A stretch of 64,000 bases of DNA from Amoebophrya sp. A120. Its lineage: Eukaryota > Protista > Dinoflagellata. How positions within the stretch are numbered: position 1 is the stretch's first letter; each line of letters starts with the position of its first letter. Below, piece by piece: positions 1-11,257 of this stretch. Location of the stretch: assembly GCA_905178155.1 (NCBI GenBank), contig CAJINV010000003.1, forward strand, positions 11,105,737-11,169,736, written 5' to 3'. Position numbers and translations under genes: made by a program. The notes below the pieces were generated by a model, which was given only the letters and a program-made list of their open reading frames with translations, was not told where the DNA came from and did no database searches.

Positions 1-465
1 GGCTTCGCTGCTTCGAGGCTTCGCTGCTTCGAGGCTTCGCTGCTTCGAGGCTTCGCTGCTTCATCGAGGCTTCGCTGTTTCGAGGCTTCGCTGCTTCGAG
101 GCTTCGCTGCTTCGAGGCTTCGCCGCTTAAAAGCTTCTTGGGCAGGCACTTTGACTGCGTTTCGTTGTTGTTGTTTTTCGTTTCTATTGTTTGTTTTCGT
201 TTTTTGTTTCCATTCTTTGTTTCCATTCTTTGTTTTCATTCTTTGTTTTCATTCTTTGTTTTCATTCTTTGTTTTCGTTTTTCGTTTCTATTCTTTGTTT
301 TCGTTTTTCGTTTCCATTCTTTGTTTTCGTTTTTCGTTTCCATTCTTTGTTTTCGTTTTTCGTTTCCATTCTTTGTTTTTGTTTTTCGTTTCTATTCTTT
401 GTTTTTATTGCGGGATACTATTAAATAATGGGTTTTCTGACTTATAACTAGTCATGGTAGAGATT
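1..465. repeat. 3' end of a satellite-filled element (second copy of the 3426-7422 family)
   Basis: 16-bp CTTCGAGGCTTCGCTG array (1-126), T-rich TTTTCG/TTCCATTCTTTG tract (~160-408), then GCGGGATACTATTAAATAATGGGTTTTCT...CTAGTCATGGTAGAGATT. Colinear with ~6980-7422; homology stops at 465/7422. Confidence 0.85.
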
Positions 466-593
466 TGTTTATACCAAATGCGCCCTTTGCCTCTTGGCAC
501 TTTTCGTGCAAAACCTGCACTCATGCCGACGCTTGTATTGCAATACCGGGGGTGGAGAGACGAGAGTTGTGCCCTCTCATACCCGGGCGTGAA

Positions 594-2771
594 ATGAACA
601 TGGAACGAATGGCCGAGGACTGTCGATATTGGAGAGGCATCCTGGCGTATCGCAAGAACATCAAACTGCTTCACACTGTAAACTTGTGATGCATACAATG
701 CAACACAGACGCGTTTGTCATTGTCTTGCTACACATGCGAGATATTGGGTTTTTCAACGTGTGGTCCCTTAGGAAGCACGGATGGCAGGTTTTCTTTGTC
801 ATGTGTAACGAACTTTGATTCAAAACTTGCATTTGCTGCAAAATCCATAGATGTAGTGAAGCACTTTTTTCGTATGATATTGCGGAGATTCTGCAGGAAG
901 TGGAGACGAGAGACCGAGTTGATGTGGCGCCCCGCGATGATACCAGCCAGGTTCTGGATTATCCTGTGCAAAAGTATCGTACTCGTACTGCAATCATGCA
1001 TTACAAATCTTTTTCTCAAGGTAAATCAGCATTACAGATTTTGCTTCTCATGCTGAGTAAATTTGTAATGCATTTATAGGAGTACGATACTTTTGCAGTT
1101 CATATGGATGCCGCCGTAGCGATGATTGCTAAAGCTGACGACGTGCTAGACAAGGCAAAAGCGTCGAGTGGTGCCTCGGACAAGGTCCATGAGGACAGCG
1201 TGGCACCACGAGGCTGTGATGTAGCGGGTGCTTCACCTCATGCAGTGGCGACGTCCAGCTCGACGTCTGGAGGGTCGTGCGCGACGGCGTCATGTCCTGA
1301 TTGGGATGGTGCTGCGGCAGGAGCAGCTAGGCCTAGTACGACTGCGGAATGTCTTGTTGGACCACGAGCAACCACGACAGCTACGGCACCAGGACGAAAC
1401 CACGTCCACTGCGCGTCTTCATCCAGACAATCCCCGACTCCAAATCTGCTGAGAGGTGCCACGGCTGCCAGCAGTGCGCATAAGAACAAAGCGCAGCGGA
1501 GGAAAAAAGCCCAAGAGGAGGCCGCGGCTGCGAGACATAAAAGCGCCTGTGCTGGGGAGGTGGAGTGTTGTCTGGCCGAGTTGAAGCAGATCAAGACGGC
1601 GGCCGACGCGAGTTTTTGTCGTGCTGTTACGAAATGCCTACGCTTTTACGCAATCGGCCTAGCAGCTTTCGTTGGCACATGCTACGCCCGGAATCATGAC
1701 TTGGATTACGTGGCTCGAATTGCAAAACAAGCCACGGTGGATGCGCTCCGTGACCTCTTTCACCCTTTCACGGCAGCGGGCAACGGTCAGTATGAGCAGG
1801 GCCGTGGTATTATTGCTGCGTTTCGTAACAAGGATCAAGACCCCACTTCAGGCTTTCTGCCCTATCAAGCGGCCCGTAGTGCAGAATTGCTTTCTCGTTC
1901 ATCAGCGGCGTCATCAATATCCCAAGATGAAAATGTAGAACGGGGAGCGGGTGATCGAGAGGAATTGATTGCACCTGACGTGCTTGCTCGTATGGCTAAC
2001 CGACCGGAATACGTACACGCAGCCTTCCGCAGTCACACAACTTCAAGCACGGCAGCAGCTCGGCAAGACAAAGATGCTCTTCTTTCGACGCAGCGCGAGA
2101 GAAATAAGGGCGACGAAACAACAGGCACAGCCATGTTGACTGGTGTGGTCAGTAGCGATCATGAGGAGGGCGGAGAACAAGCGGGCACAGAACGGGGCTG
2201 CAGCGACGGAGGCGATCATGTCTCTGAATCGGATTCAAGCAAGGTGCTGGCGCAACGCGACGGGCATACGTCGATGGCAGCCTGCGCGACTGCAGAGGGA
2301 TCATCAACAAGGTCACAGAATGGGCAAACAGATGAAGAGCGCACGAGCATGGCTGCTGCGGACAAGCAGCTAGTAACCAGCACGTTATTGCACGACTTGA
2401 TGATTGCGTATCCCCATATCCGGGAAATCTTGAAGCTGTACGGTTGCGTGATGCTCATGGCTCTTGGTGCGCAAAACCTGTATCGTTCAGTCAAAGGCGA
2501 ACATGGTATCTTCGGCGCACTGGAACTGGTAAGACAGGAGACACAGGAAGACCAGGGCATGGCTGTGCGTGGTCACGGGCACAGCCATGCCTCCGCTGGT
2601 GATGCAGCTGCACGAGGACCTGCATTCGCAGCAACTGATGACGTTGCTGCCTTTGGATCATCCGGTAGGGCTCAGCAGCCGGTCCGACCAGGGTCGTCTG
2701 CTTCAGCAGTTGCTGCCCTCCCGCGGCGCCCGGGAAAAAACGTTGGTGTCAAGATGCGCAACCGAAAATGA
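594..2771 (+). CDS. Hypothetical low-complexity protein, spliced (approx. exons 594-647, 885-959, 1110-2771; true start uncertain)
   Basis: Removing 648-879 and 960-1104 (each plus one DR) joins MNMERMAEDCRYWRGILA-EILQEVETRDRVDVAPRDDTSQVLD-AAVAMIAK in frame with the 555-aa ORF. No recognisable domain. Confidence 0.65.
648..879. mobile_element. TA-ended introner (degenerate IR)
   Basis: DR TGGCG/TTGCG; TATC...TGCTTCAC versus GTGAAGCA...GATA; internal TTGTGATGC and TTTGTCATG; excision is in frame. Confidence 0.7.
960..1104. mobile_element. TA-ended introner, AAAAGTATCGTACTC family
   Basis: Perfect DR TGGAT; IR TGCAAAAGTATCGTACTC / GAGTACGATACTTTTGCA; excision is in frame. Confidence 0.85.
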
Positions 2772-3540
2772 GGATTTGAAAAGTGGTCATGTGATAAGCC
2801 CCTGCCTGATTACGCTTCGTGTTCTTCTTGAAGACGATGACGCCTACAAGTTCCACGTGCTGCAGACCCAAGGTTTAGACGCCGCATTCGTTCTTACCGC
2901 TCATGTCTAGTGCTAGTTCTAGTTGTAGAAGCAGTAAAAAAAATTATGCGTTTCCGTTTTGCTATTTTGCACTTCATCGACTACTTAAGTATTTTCTATT
3001 TTTTCGAGAGCTGGCCACTGCGAGTCGGCCAGGAAATCTTGTAGTTGCACGCATTTTTAACCACGAGTGGGGGTCATGCCCATGATCTTCACCCATCGAC
3101 TGCAATGGAATCGCTTCTTCGATTGGGTATTATGCGGCACAAAAAGAACTATAAAAGTTTAATATCACGCCGGTTTGATGATTTTATATGTACCACATGG
3201 CACAACCACAAGCAGCTGACTTCATATTGATACACAGTAGACCACGTGCGTCGTTTCATTATGCTTACATCTACCTTTTCAAACCGAAACGTCGTTCTCG
3301 TGCGGTATCTGTGGATTTTTGGCCAGGACTTTAGTTCGCCACAGAATTCACCAACCGACAGTAAACTGAAATGTCATATTGTATACTAGCCTTATCCCGC
3401 TTCCCGTGTCCAGTAGCCTGCAGACTTAATAGTATTCCGCTAGATGAATAATAGCCCTCAGCGTTTCTCTGTGGAAAATCGTCGTCGGCGCTTCAGCACA
3501 GGCAGGCCCATCTGCCTGCTATTTTCAAAGCGCCAGAACG

Positions 3541-5180
3541 GCATGGCCACGATCCGGCACCGGCGCGGCTGGCAGGTTGGCCCTTGCCGCCATCTTGCAT
3601 GCTGGCACTGGCGGGGCCGCGATCTGGCGGCGGGGGGCGGGCATGATCGGGCACCGGCTTGGCCAGGGTCTGGCACCGGCTTAGCCAGGGCCTGAAACCG
3701 GCGTGGCCAGGGTCCGGCACCGGCTTGGGCATGATCGGGCACCGGCATGGCCATGATCTGGCACCGCCTACCTTCGCCGTGATTTGGCACCGGCTTGGCG
3801 ATGCTCTGACACCGGCAGGCAGGCTTGGCCATGATCCATCCGGCACCGGCTTGGCCATGATCTGGCGCAAGGGCTTGGCCTTGCCATGATCTGGCAGGCA
3901 CCGGCTTGGTGGCTGGCCTGGCCATGATTTGGCACCGGCTGCGGCTCAGCCACGACCCGGAACCAGCTTGGCTTGGCCATGACCTGGCACCGGCTTGGGC
4001 ATGGGCGAGCACCGGCCTTGCTGTGATCTGGCACCGGCCGGCCTGGCCATGATCTGGCACCGGAAGGCCGGCAGGCTTGGCCGTGTATGATCTGGCACCG
4101 GCTCGGCTACAACCTGGCACCGGCTTGGCCATGATCTGGCGCCGGCTTGTCCACGACCTGGCACTGGCTTGGCCACGACCCGGGGCCGGCTTGGGCGTGA
4201 TCTGGCGCCGGCTTGGCCATGATCTGCCTGGCACCGCCTTGGCCGCGACCCGGCACCGGCTTGCCTGGCAACGACCTGGCACCGGCGTGGCCATGATTTG
4301 GCACCGGCTTGGCCATGATCTGGCACCGGCTCGCTTGGACGCGACCTGTCTGGCACCGGTTCGGCGATGATATGGCGCCGGCTTGGTAACGACCCACCTG
4401 GCACCGGCATGGCCATGATCTGGCAACGGCCTTGCCGCTTCCTGGCACCGGCTTGGGCGTGATCTGGCAGCGGGCTGGCCATGTTCCGGCACCGGCGGGC
4501 CTGGCCACCAGAATCACTCGGAACCGGCCTGGCCATGATCTGGCGCCGGCGGGCAGGGTGGCAGACGGTGGCAGGCGAGGGCATGATCTGGCACCGGTTT
4601 GGCCACGGCCTGGCGCCGGCACGCAGGCTTGTTTGGCCTGGCGGTTCGGACCGCGCGCGACCTGGCGCCAGCGACCCGGGCCATGATCTGGCACGCACCG
4701 GCAGGCTTGGACACGGACGACCTGGCGTCGGCTTGGCCACGCCATGATCTGGGTGGCTCAGGCTCGCCCATGATCTGGCACCGGCTTTGTCATGATCTGC
4801 CGGGCACCGGCCGGGGGGGGGGCTTTGCATGCCCCGATCTGGCACCGGCCGGCTAGGCTTGGCCGTGTATGATCTGGCACGCATCCATCGGCAGGCTTGG
4901 TTTGGCCATGATCTGCCACCGACCGGCCTGGCCACGACCGGGCACCGGCAGGCTTCGCCAGGAAGGATCTGGCACCGGCTTGGCCACGGCCTTGCATTGG
5001 CTTGGCCAAGATCTGGCACCGGCTCGGCAATTATGAATGACGTGGCGTTGGCTGGTAGGCTTGGCTGGCAGGCCATTGGCCCGGCACCGGCTTGGCCATG
5101 ACCTGGCACCGGCAGGCTTCGCCACGACCTGGAACCGGCCCCCCCGACCCTGATCTGGCACCGGCGCGGCCACGACCTGG
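3541..5180. repeat. GC-rich minisatellite, ~22-bp unit GGCCATGATCTGGCACCGGCTT
   Basis: Dozens of degenerate head-to-tail copies. Confidence 0.95.
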
Positions 5181-5572
5181 CTCCGCTGCGGCTTCGCTGC
5201 GGCGTTGTTACTTCGAGGCCGCGTTGCTTCGAGGTTTTGTTGCGGCTTCGAGCGGCCTGCGCTGCGGCTTCGAGGCTTCGCTGCGTCTTCGGGGCTTCGC
5301 TGCGGCTTCTAGGCTTCGCTGCGGCTTCGAGCCGTCGCTGAGGCTTCGGGGCTTTGCTGCGGCTTCGGGGCGTCGCTGCGGCTTCGAGGCCTCGCTACGG
5401 CTTCGAGGCTTCGCCGCGGCTTCGAGACTTCGTTCGCTGCGGCTTCGAGGCTTCTATCTTCGCTTCTATCCTCGCCTCGGGGCTCCTTTGCTTCGGGGCG
5501 CCTCTCTTCGCTTCGGGGCATCTCTCTTCGCTTCGCGGCTTCTTTGCTTCGGGGCTTTTATCTTCGCTTCGG
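5181..5572. repeat. CTTCGAGGCTTCGCTGCGG-type minisatellite
   Basis: Degenerate 16-19 bp tandem units. Confidence 0.9.
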
Positions 5573-5960
5573 GTCTTGGCCATGGTTCGGCTTGGCCATG
5601 CTGAATGGCCCGGCACCGGCTCGCCTCGGCCATGGTCCGGCACCTTCTCGGCTTGGCCATGCATGCTCCGGCACCGGCTCGGCTTGGCCATGCATCGTCC
5701 GGCACCCACCGGCTCGGCTTGGCCATGCATGGTCCGGCACCGGCTCGGCTTGGCCATGCATAGTCCGGCTCGGCTCGGCCATGGTCCGGCACCGGCTTGG
5801 CCTTGCCAGGGTCCGGCACGCACCGGCCCGGCCTTGCCATCCATGGTCCGGCATGCACCGGCTCGGTCTGCTCATGGCCCGGCACCGGCTCGCCTTGCTT
5901 GGCCATGGTCCGGCAGGCACGCACCGGCTCGGCTTGGCCATGGTCCGGCACCGGCCGGCG
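5573..5960. repeat. Minisatellite variant GGCCATG(CATG)GTCCGGCACCGGCTCGGCTT
   Basis: ~27-31 bp units related to the 22-bp array. Confidence 0.9.
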
Positions 5961-7170
5961 CGGCTTCGTCGAGGCTTTACTGCTTCGGGGCCCCGCGGCT
6001 TCGGGGCTTCGCGCGTTGTTTCGTACGTTGTTGCGCCGTGGCTTCGTGCGTTCGTTGCTGCTTCGAGGTTTCGTACGTTGCTGCCTCGGGGTTTCGTACG
6101 TTGCTGCCCCGAGGCGTCGCGCGCTGCTGCTTCGGGGCCTCGCACGCTGCTGCCTCGAGGTTTCTCACGCTGCTGCCTCGAGGTTTCGCGCGTTGCCGCC
6201 TCGAGGTTTCTCACGCTGTTGCCTCGAGGTTTCGCACGTTGCTGACCCGAGGCTTCGCACGCTGCTGCCTCGAGGCTTCAGACGCCGCTTCGAGGCTTCA
6301 GGCGCTGCTTCGAGGCCTCAGGCGCTGCTTCGAGGCCTGAGGCGGTGCTTCGGGGCTTTGCTGCTTCGACGCTTCGCTGCTTCGAGGCTTCGCTGTGTGC
6401 TTCGAGGCTTCGCCGCGTGCTTCGAGGTTTCGCCGCGTGCTTCGAGGCTTCGCCGCGTGCTTCGAGGCTTCGCCGCGTGCTTCGAGGCTTCGCTGCGTGC
6501 TTCGAGGCTTCGTCGCGTGCTTCGAGGCTTCGCTGCGTGCTTCGAGGCTTCGCTGCGTGCTTCGAGGCTTCGCTGCGCGCTTCGAGGCTTCGCGGCGCGC
6601 TTCGAGGCTTCGATCGCTGCGCGCTTCGAGCTTCGCCGCTTCGAGGCTTCGAGGCGTCGCTGCTTCGAGGCGTCGCTGCTTCGCTGCTCCCTTCGAGGCC
6701 TCGCCGCTTCGAGGCTTCGCTGCTTCGAGGCCTCGCTGCTTCGAGGCTTCGCTGCTTCGAGGCTTCGCTGCTTCGAGGCTTTGCTGCTTCGAGGCTTCCT
6801 TCGAGGCTTCGTTGCTCCCTTCGAGGCTTCGCTGCCCCCTCCGAGGCTTCGCTGCTCCCCTCGCGGCTTCGCTGCTCCCCTCGCGGCTTCGCTGCTCCCT
6901 TCGCGGCTTCGCTGCTCCCTTCGAGGCTTCGCTGCTTCCTTCGAGGCTTCGCTGCTTCCTTCGAGGCTTCGCTGCTTCCTTCGAGGCTTCGCTGCTTCGA
7001 GGCTTCGCGGCTTCGCCGCTCTTCGAGGCTTTGCGGCTCTTCGAGGCTTCGCGGCCCTTCGAGGCTTTGCAGCTCTTCGAGGCTTCGCGGCTCTTCGAGG
7101 CTTCTTCGTTGCTTCGAGGCTTCGCTGCTTCGGCGTTTCGAGGCCCCTTCGTTTCGAGGCTTCGTCGCTT
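5961..7170. repeat. CTTCGAGGCTTCGC-core minisatellite (16-20 bp units)
   Basis: Near-perfect 20-bp TTCGAGGCTTCGCYGCGTGC run at 6401-6610, with 16-20 bp variants on either side. Confidence 0.95.
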
Positions 7171-7194
7171 AGAAGCTTGGGCGCTTTGTCAGCA

Positions 7195-7366
7195 TTTCGT
7201 TGTTGTTGTTTTTCGTTTCTATTCTTTGTTTTCGTTTTTTGTTTTCATTCTTTGTTTTCGTTTTTCGTTTTTATTCTTTGTTTTCGTTTTTTGTTTCCAT
7301 TGTTTGTTGTCGTTTCTCGTTTCCATTCTTTGTTTTTGTTTTTCGTTTCTGTTCTTTGTTTCTATT
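7195..7366. repeat. T-rich simple-sequence tract
   Basis: TTTTCG and ATTCTTTGTTTT units; same type as ~160-408. Confidence 0.9.
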
Positions 7367-8080
7367 GCGGAATACTATTAAATAATGGGTTTTCTCACCT
7401 TTCGCTAGTCATTGTAGAGATTGATTGTTCGCTTGAAATGGTGACCTTGCCCTTTCTTGTTAAAATCTGGAGGAGGTGCGAAACTCATCCCCATGATGTG
7501 TGGTTTGCAGCAAATGAACGAGAATAGGAAAACTTCTTGGAAGCATGAATATCTTCTATTTATTGCTTCGAATTCGAAAAATGAAAATGTACAATGAGTA
7601 ATTTTCCTTTTCCTTCGCTGTCGCTTTCAATCCAACGTGAGCACACTTCTTTCAGTGCTGACAGCGAATGTCCGGCAGTTCCAGTTGTATGGGTCTGGTG
7701 ATGTAGCTCAACTTTTGCTTGAGCCTAGTTTTGTCGTGCTTCACAAGTTTTTCCTTTCGTTTATGCTCCGCCTTTTCGTGGTCTTTTGCACAAGTACCAA
7801 GAACTATGATCTCTGGTAAGTGATGCTTCAGCATCGTCGTAATTTCCGATGGATGATTTTCAAACACCCGATTCATCATTGGGATGCTTGTACTAGGTAA
7901 CGCGACTCATGTGCACATGAGGGCTGCCAGCTGCGTAGTGTCATACTATCCATTCTTCAGTATAAGTCCGTATCCATTTTCGCTCAAAGATTCATCATGC
8001 AGTGGCCAAAGCAACAGCAAGTACCTGGCGTGATTAGCAACATGATCATGATAGTACTTCACGCAATTTAAAGTCAACAA

Positions 8081-11000
8081 ATGCGATGCCGTTTCTTTGT
8101 GTGCGCGGAATCTTCTGCATGCGACTCATGCGAAGTCGGTGTTGAACTTGAAGAAGACCAGACGAGCGCCGACGTTCCCGCAGTGGACGAGTACCATCGC
8201 ACGAGCAACAGTGTTCAAAGCGAAATCGAAACCGTCCCGAAGATGAAACTACGAACGCGGCCGGTACTAGATCAGGACGTGTATCTGTATAGCCCCAACG
8301 TGGCCTACGATATCATCCCAGACGGGCCTCCGGACGACGTCGGAGATCATATATATCTGTATAGCCCTAACGGAGCAGGCGGAGGCGCCCTAAAGAGCGC
8401 TTGCACAGGAACAAGTGAAGCTGGACTTCTGATGTCGCCGCTAGATGCACGCGCACGAAACGGAGGCGGCGCGGCTGAAGCATCAAGTGATAAATATCCT
8501 GCTCTACACGCAGATAAAATACTCGTGCAACAGGAACAAGTGGCGAACTTTCAGCCACGATCTTCAGGTCCTCCGGAAGTTGTAGATTCAAAGGGTCCAC
8601 TGTCCTTCATGCCGAGGATCGACGACTCTTCATCCATTTTAACCCGTATGTTGCCTTCACCTGCTGACTCTGTCGCCGTAGTACTAGACGAGGCGGACAC
8701 GAGTACAGTAACCACAACTGCTTCGCCAGGATCGCTACGCCTTGATGACGGGATGTCTGAAGAATCCCCGAGTCTAGCTTTTCCGGAACACGAAAAGAGA
8801 ACAAAGACTTTGGAAGAGCAGTACATCGACGCGTATAGGGAGCTCTTTGGAGACACAGATTTGTGGCAAGAGTGGAACAAGCCAGCGGAAACACAAAACG
8901 ACACTCAACGCGAACCCGGAACACCACGCGGCGACGCAACTAAAAATACCCCGCGCTACTCTTATACACCGCGCTACGGTTATACACCGCGCTATAATTC
9001 TACAACTACTACTTTTGGAGGAATTTCAAGTACCAGGGCCACCTCCAATGACAGCAGCAGCGATAAAACTGACCAGGCCCAAGATCGTCACGACTGGAAT
9101 AAAAGAAGCCGGAGTCAAGGTAGGTCCCGATCTCGATCCCGGCCATCAACGTGTGCCGAGCCTCATCATGGCAACTATTCTCTTCGAAGCATGTACCGGT
9201 CTCAATCCAGCAGGCGGTCACCGCAAAGGAGCCGTGGAGGTACAGCCTCCCCCTCTGAAATTGAGCAAAGATCGCGATACTCTTGTCGTTCTCAGAAACA
9301 AAGACCACGCACAAACTTCCGATCGCGGTCAAGGAGCCGCTCCCTATCCCGCTCGCGTTCGAGGGGAAGAAATTGCTGCTGCGAAGACCACTTTCACCCG
9401 GGGCGAGCGAGTGAGACGAGCTTCTCCGCCAATGGTGGCGGGAGGGCGCCAGCGACTTCGTGGCACAAAAGCAACCAGTCCGACGAAAGATCTCGTGGCA
9501 GTCAGTATGACAACCACTGGCGCGGGGGCCCTCTGCAAGAACAGTCGTGCTGGAGCTGGCGCGGCCAAAAACACAACTCTCACGGGTGGAGCTCTGAGAA
9601 TCACTGGCGCGGCCAAAAGTACGGACAGAATCACAACCACTGGCGCGGCCAAAAGTACAATTTTCGTGGGTGGAACTCTGAGAACCACTGGCGTGGCCAA
9701 AAGTACAATTTTCGTGGGTGGAACTCTCAGAACCACTGGCACGGCCAAAAGTGCAATTTTCGTGGGTGGAACTCTGAGAACCAGTGGCGCGGCCAAAAAT
9801 ACAATTTTCACGGGTGGAACTCTGAGAACCACTGGCGTGGCCGAAAGTACAATTTTCGTGGGTGGAACTCTGAGCACCACTGGCGTGGCCAAAAGTGCGA
9901 CCAGTATGACGACCACTACACCCAGTATGACGAGTGGAACTCTGAGAACCACTACAACCAGTATGACAAACACTGGCGCGGCCAAAGGTACAATTTTCAC
10001 GAGTGGAATCACCTCAGCGGGGAGACGAGCAGCGGCTTCTTCGTGGAGAATTCTGAACGGCCCTCAGCTCAAGAGATGAACACGCAGACGGGTTGCATGA
10101 GCCAAGCGTCCACTGCAAGTGGCAAGACCTTTACGACCGAGACCAATGCCTTTGCGTGTTCTCTTTCTGCAGGCTTCGGTGAAAGAACTGGACTTCAGAC
10201 GAACAACAGGCGAATGTCATCTGTCGTGACATCTGCTTCTACCGATGAACAACCTGCAGGAAATGTACTCAATCGCAGGCTGAGTGGTGCGACGGCAGCA
10301 GTGCTCGAGCGGCCAGAAAGTAACGGACCACGATTGATCACGCCGCTGCGGGGTATCGCTTCCGGTCTGGGCCTGTACAAGATCAACGCGTGGAAACCCG
10401 AGGGAATCACCGCGCACGAGCTTGCCGAGCTGGAGCGCATGACGAGGGAGAAGATGAGCAGTCTGAAGCACGACTTCGCTGTGCCTCCGGGGGGGCTCCG
10501 GTGGTGGGAAACCTTCGACGAGGGTGCGCCGCGGGCGGCGGCGCAGCTCGAGGCGAAGTTACTCGAGGCCAATGCGACGCGGGACACGGTGCGCGACACC
10601 GGAACTACCAAGGGCACCTACTCCAGGATGGGCATGAAGCAGTATAAGACAGCCGCCGCTGCGATTTTGCAAGACGACGCGCCGCCTTGGGGCTACGCAA
10701 AGCACGCGACTCTCGTGCTCGCTGCTCTGCGTTTCCAAACGCCTGCGCTGCGGAAGCTGTGGAGCGCTAGCAGCGAAGTAGTCCGAAACGCAGGGGCCGC
10801 GGCCCACCGGATAAAGGCCGCAGTCGTGCCGGATTTCCTGCCCCGATATGCGGACGACCTGAATGCCGCCCACCTGAACATAAAAACTCTGGTCACCATC
10901 TTCGTGCGTTGGGAAGTGGTGTCAGCGATGGCTTGCCTGCTGGAAGTGGCAGAGCCGGACCAGCAAGCGGCCGCGCAGCAGCAAAGACGCCAGGAGCAGC

Positions 11001-11257
11001 AGCGCGCGCGAGATCAAAAAGCCGCAGAGAAGGAGGCGGCGCGAGCAAGCTTGAAGGCCCGGAGGGAAGCGGAAAAGCAGGCAAGGCTAGACGAGAAGAA
11101 GCGGAAGGAAGACGAAAAGGAGGCCAAGCGACTCCAGGAGATCTTCAGTGGGCGAGCCGAACCGAAGACCATTTTGGACATCATCAAGCGGGATGAGTGG
11201 CGCCGTCAAGCGGCGTTGGGGCGCAAGGGAAAACGCAGGTCCAAGTGCAATCCTTGA
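8081..11257 (+). CDS. Hypothetical 1058-aa protein with RS-rich region, 16-aa HWRGQKYNFRGWNSEN repeats and C-terminal coiled coil
   Basis: Long uninterrupted ORF; RS dipeptide runs; YTPR repeats; charged helical tail. Start codon uncertain. Confidence 0.75.
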   Translation: MRCRFFVCAESSACDSCEVGVELEEDQTSADVPAVDEYHRTSNSVQSEIETVPKMKLRTRPVLDQDVYLYSPNVAYDIIPDGPPDDVGDHIYLYSPNGAGGGALKSACTGTSEAGLLMSPLDARARNGGGAAEASSDKYPALHADKILVQQEQVANFQPRSSGPPEVVDSKGPLSFMPRIDDSSSILTRMLPSPADSVAVVLDEADTSTVTTTASPGSLRLDDGMSEESPSLAFPEHEKRTKTLEEQYIDAYRELFGDTDLWQEWNKPAETQNDTQREPGTPRGDATKNTPRYSYTPRYGYTPRYNSTTTTFGGISSTRATSNDSSSDKTDQAQDRHDWNKRSRSQGRSRSRSRPSTCAEPHHGNYSLRSMYRSQSSRRSPQRSRGGTASPSEIEQRSRYSCRSQKQRPRTNFRSRSRSRSLSRSRSRGRNCCCEDHFHPGRASETSFSANGGGRAPATSWHKSNQSDERSRGSQYDNHWRGGPLQEQSCWSWRGQKHNSHGWSSENHWRGQKYGQNHNHWRGQKYNFRGWNSENHWRGQKYNFRGWNSQNHWHGQKCNFRGWNSENQWRGQKYNFHGWNSENHWRGRKYNFRGWNSEHHWRGQKCDQYDDHYTQYDEWNSENHYNQYDKHWRGQRYNFHEWNHLSGETSSGFFVENSERPSAQEMNTQTGCMSQASTASGKTFTTETNAFACSLSAGFGERTGLQTNNRRMSSVVTSASTDEQPAGNVLNRRLSGATAAVLERPESNGPRLITPLRGIASGLGLYKINAWKPEGITAHELAELERMTREKMSSLKHDFAVPPGGLRWWETFDEGAPRAAAQLEAKLLEANATRDTVRDTGTTKGTYSRMGMKQYKTAAAAILQDDAPPWGYAKHATLVLAALRFQTPALRKLWSASSEVVRNAGAAAHRIKAAVVPDFLPRYADDLNAAHLNIKTLVTIFVRWEVVSAMACLLEVAEPDQQAAAQQQRRQEQQRARDQKAAEKEAARASLKARREAEKQARLDEKKRKEDEKEAKRLQEIFSGRAEPKTILDIIKRDEWRRQAALGRKGKRRSKCNP
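9553..10010 (+). repeat. 48-bp coding tandem repeat
   Basis: Unit CACTGGCGTGGCCAAAAGTACAATTTTCGTGGGTGGAACTCTGAGAAC, about 5 near-perfect copies plus degenerate flanking copies. Confidence 0.95.

Larger units (their letters stand above)
3426..7422. mobile_element. Satellite-filled non-autonomous element with asymmetric inverted repeats (Helentron/HINE-like)
   Basis: TTAATAGTATTCCGC (3426-3440) is the exact reverse complement of GCGGAATACTATTAA (7367-7381). About 40 bp after the right IR are conserved with the copy ending at 465. The interior is mostly tandem repeats. Superfamily assignment is inference. Confidence 0.6.

Noticed and set aside
138-447. Phe-rich membrane-protein-like ORFs (also 7200-7385)
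   Set aside because: Translation of a T-rich simple repeat.
3541-7170. Possible CRISPR array or telomeric repeat
   Set aside because: Units are head-to-tail and degenerate with no unique spacers, there are no cas genes, the context is eukaryotic, and no TTTAGGG/TTAGGG tract is present.
7400-7412. Canonical Helitron CTAG 3' end, or piggyBac-type TTAA boundary at 7378-7381
   Set aside because: Similarity between the two copies continues ~14 bp past CTAG and ~40 bp past TTAA, so neither looks like the terminus.
3444-7527. Many long overlapping ORFs on both strands (up to 576 aa)
   Set aside because: They are translations of stop-poor GC-rich minisatellites, open in most frames.
8847-10079. 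410-aa alternative-frame ORF and the antisense 222-aa ORF
   Set aside because: Shadows of the 48-bp tandem repeat within the 1058-aa ORF.
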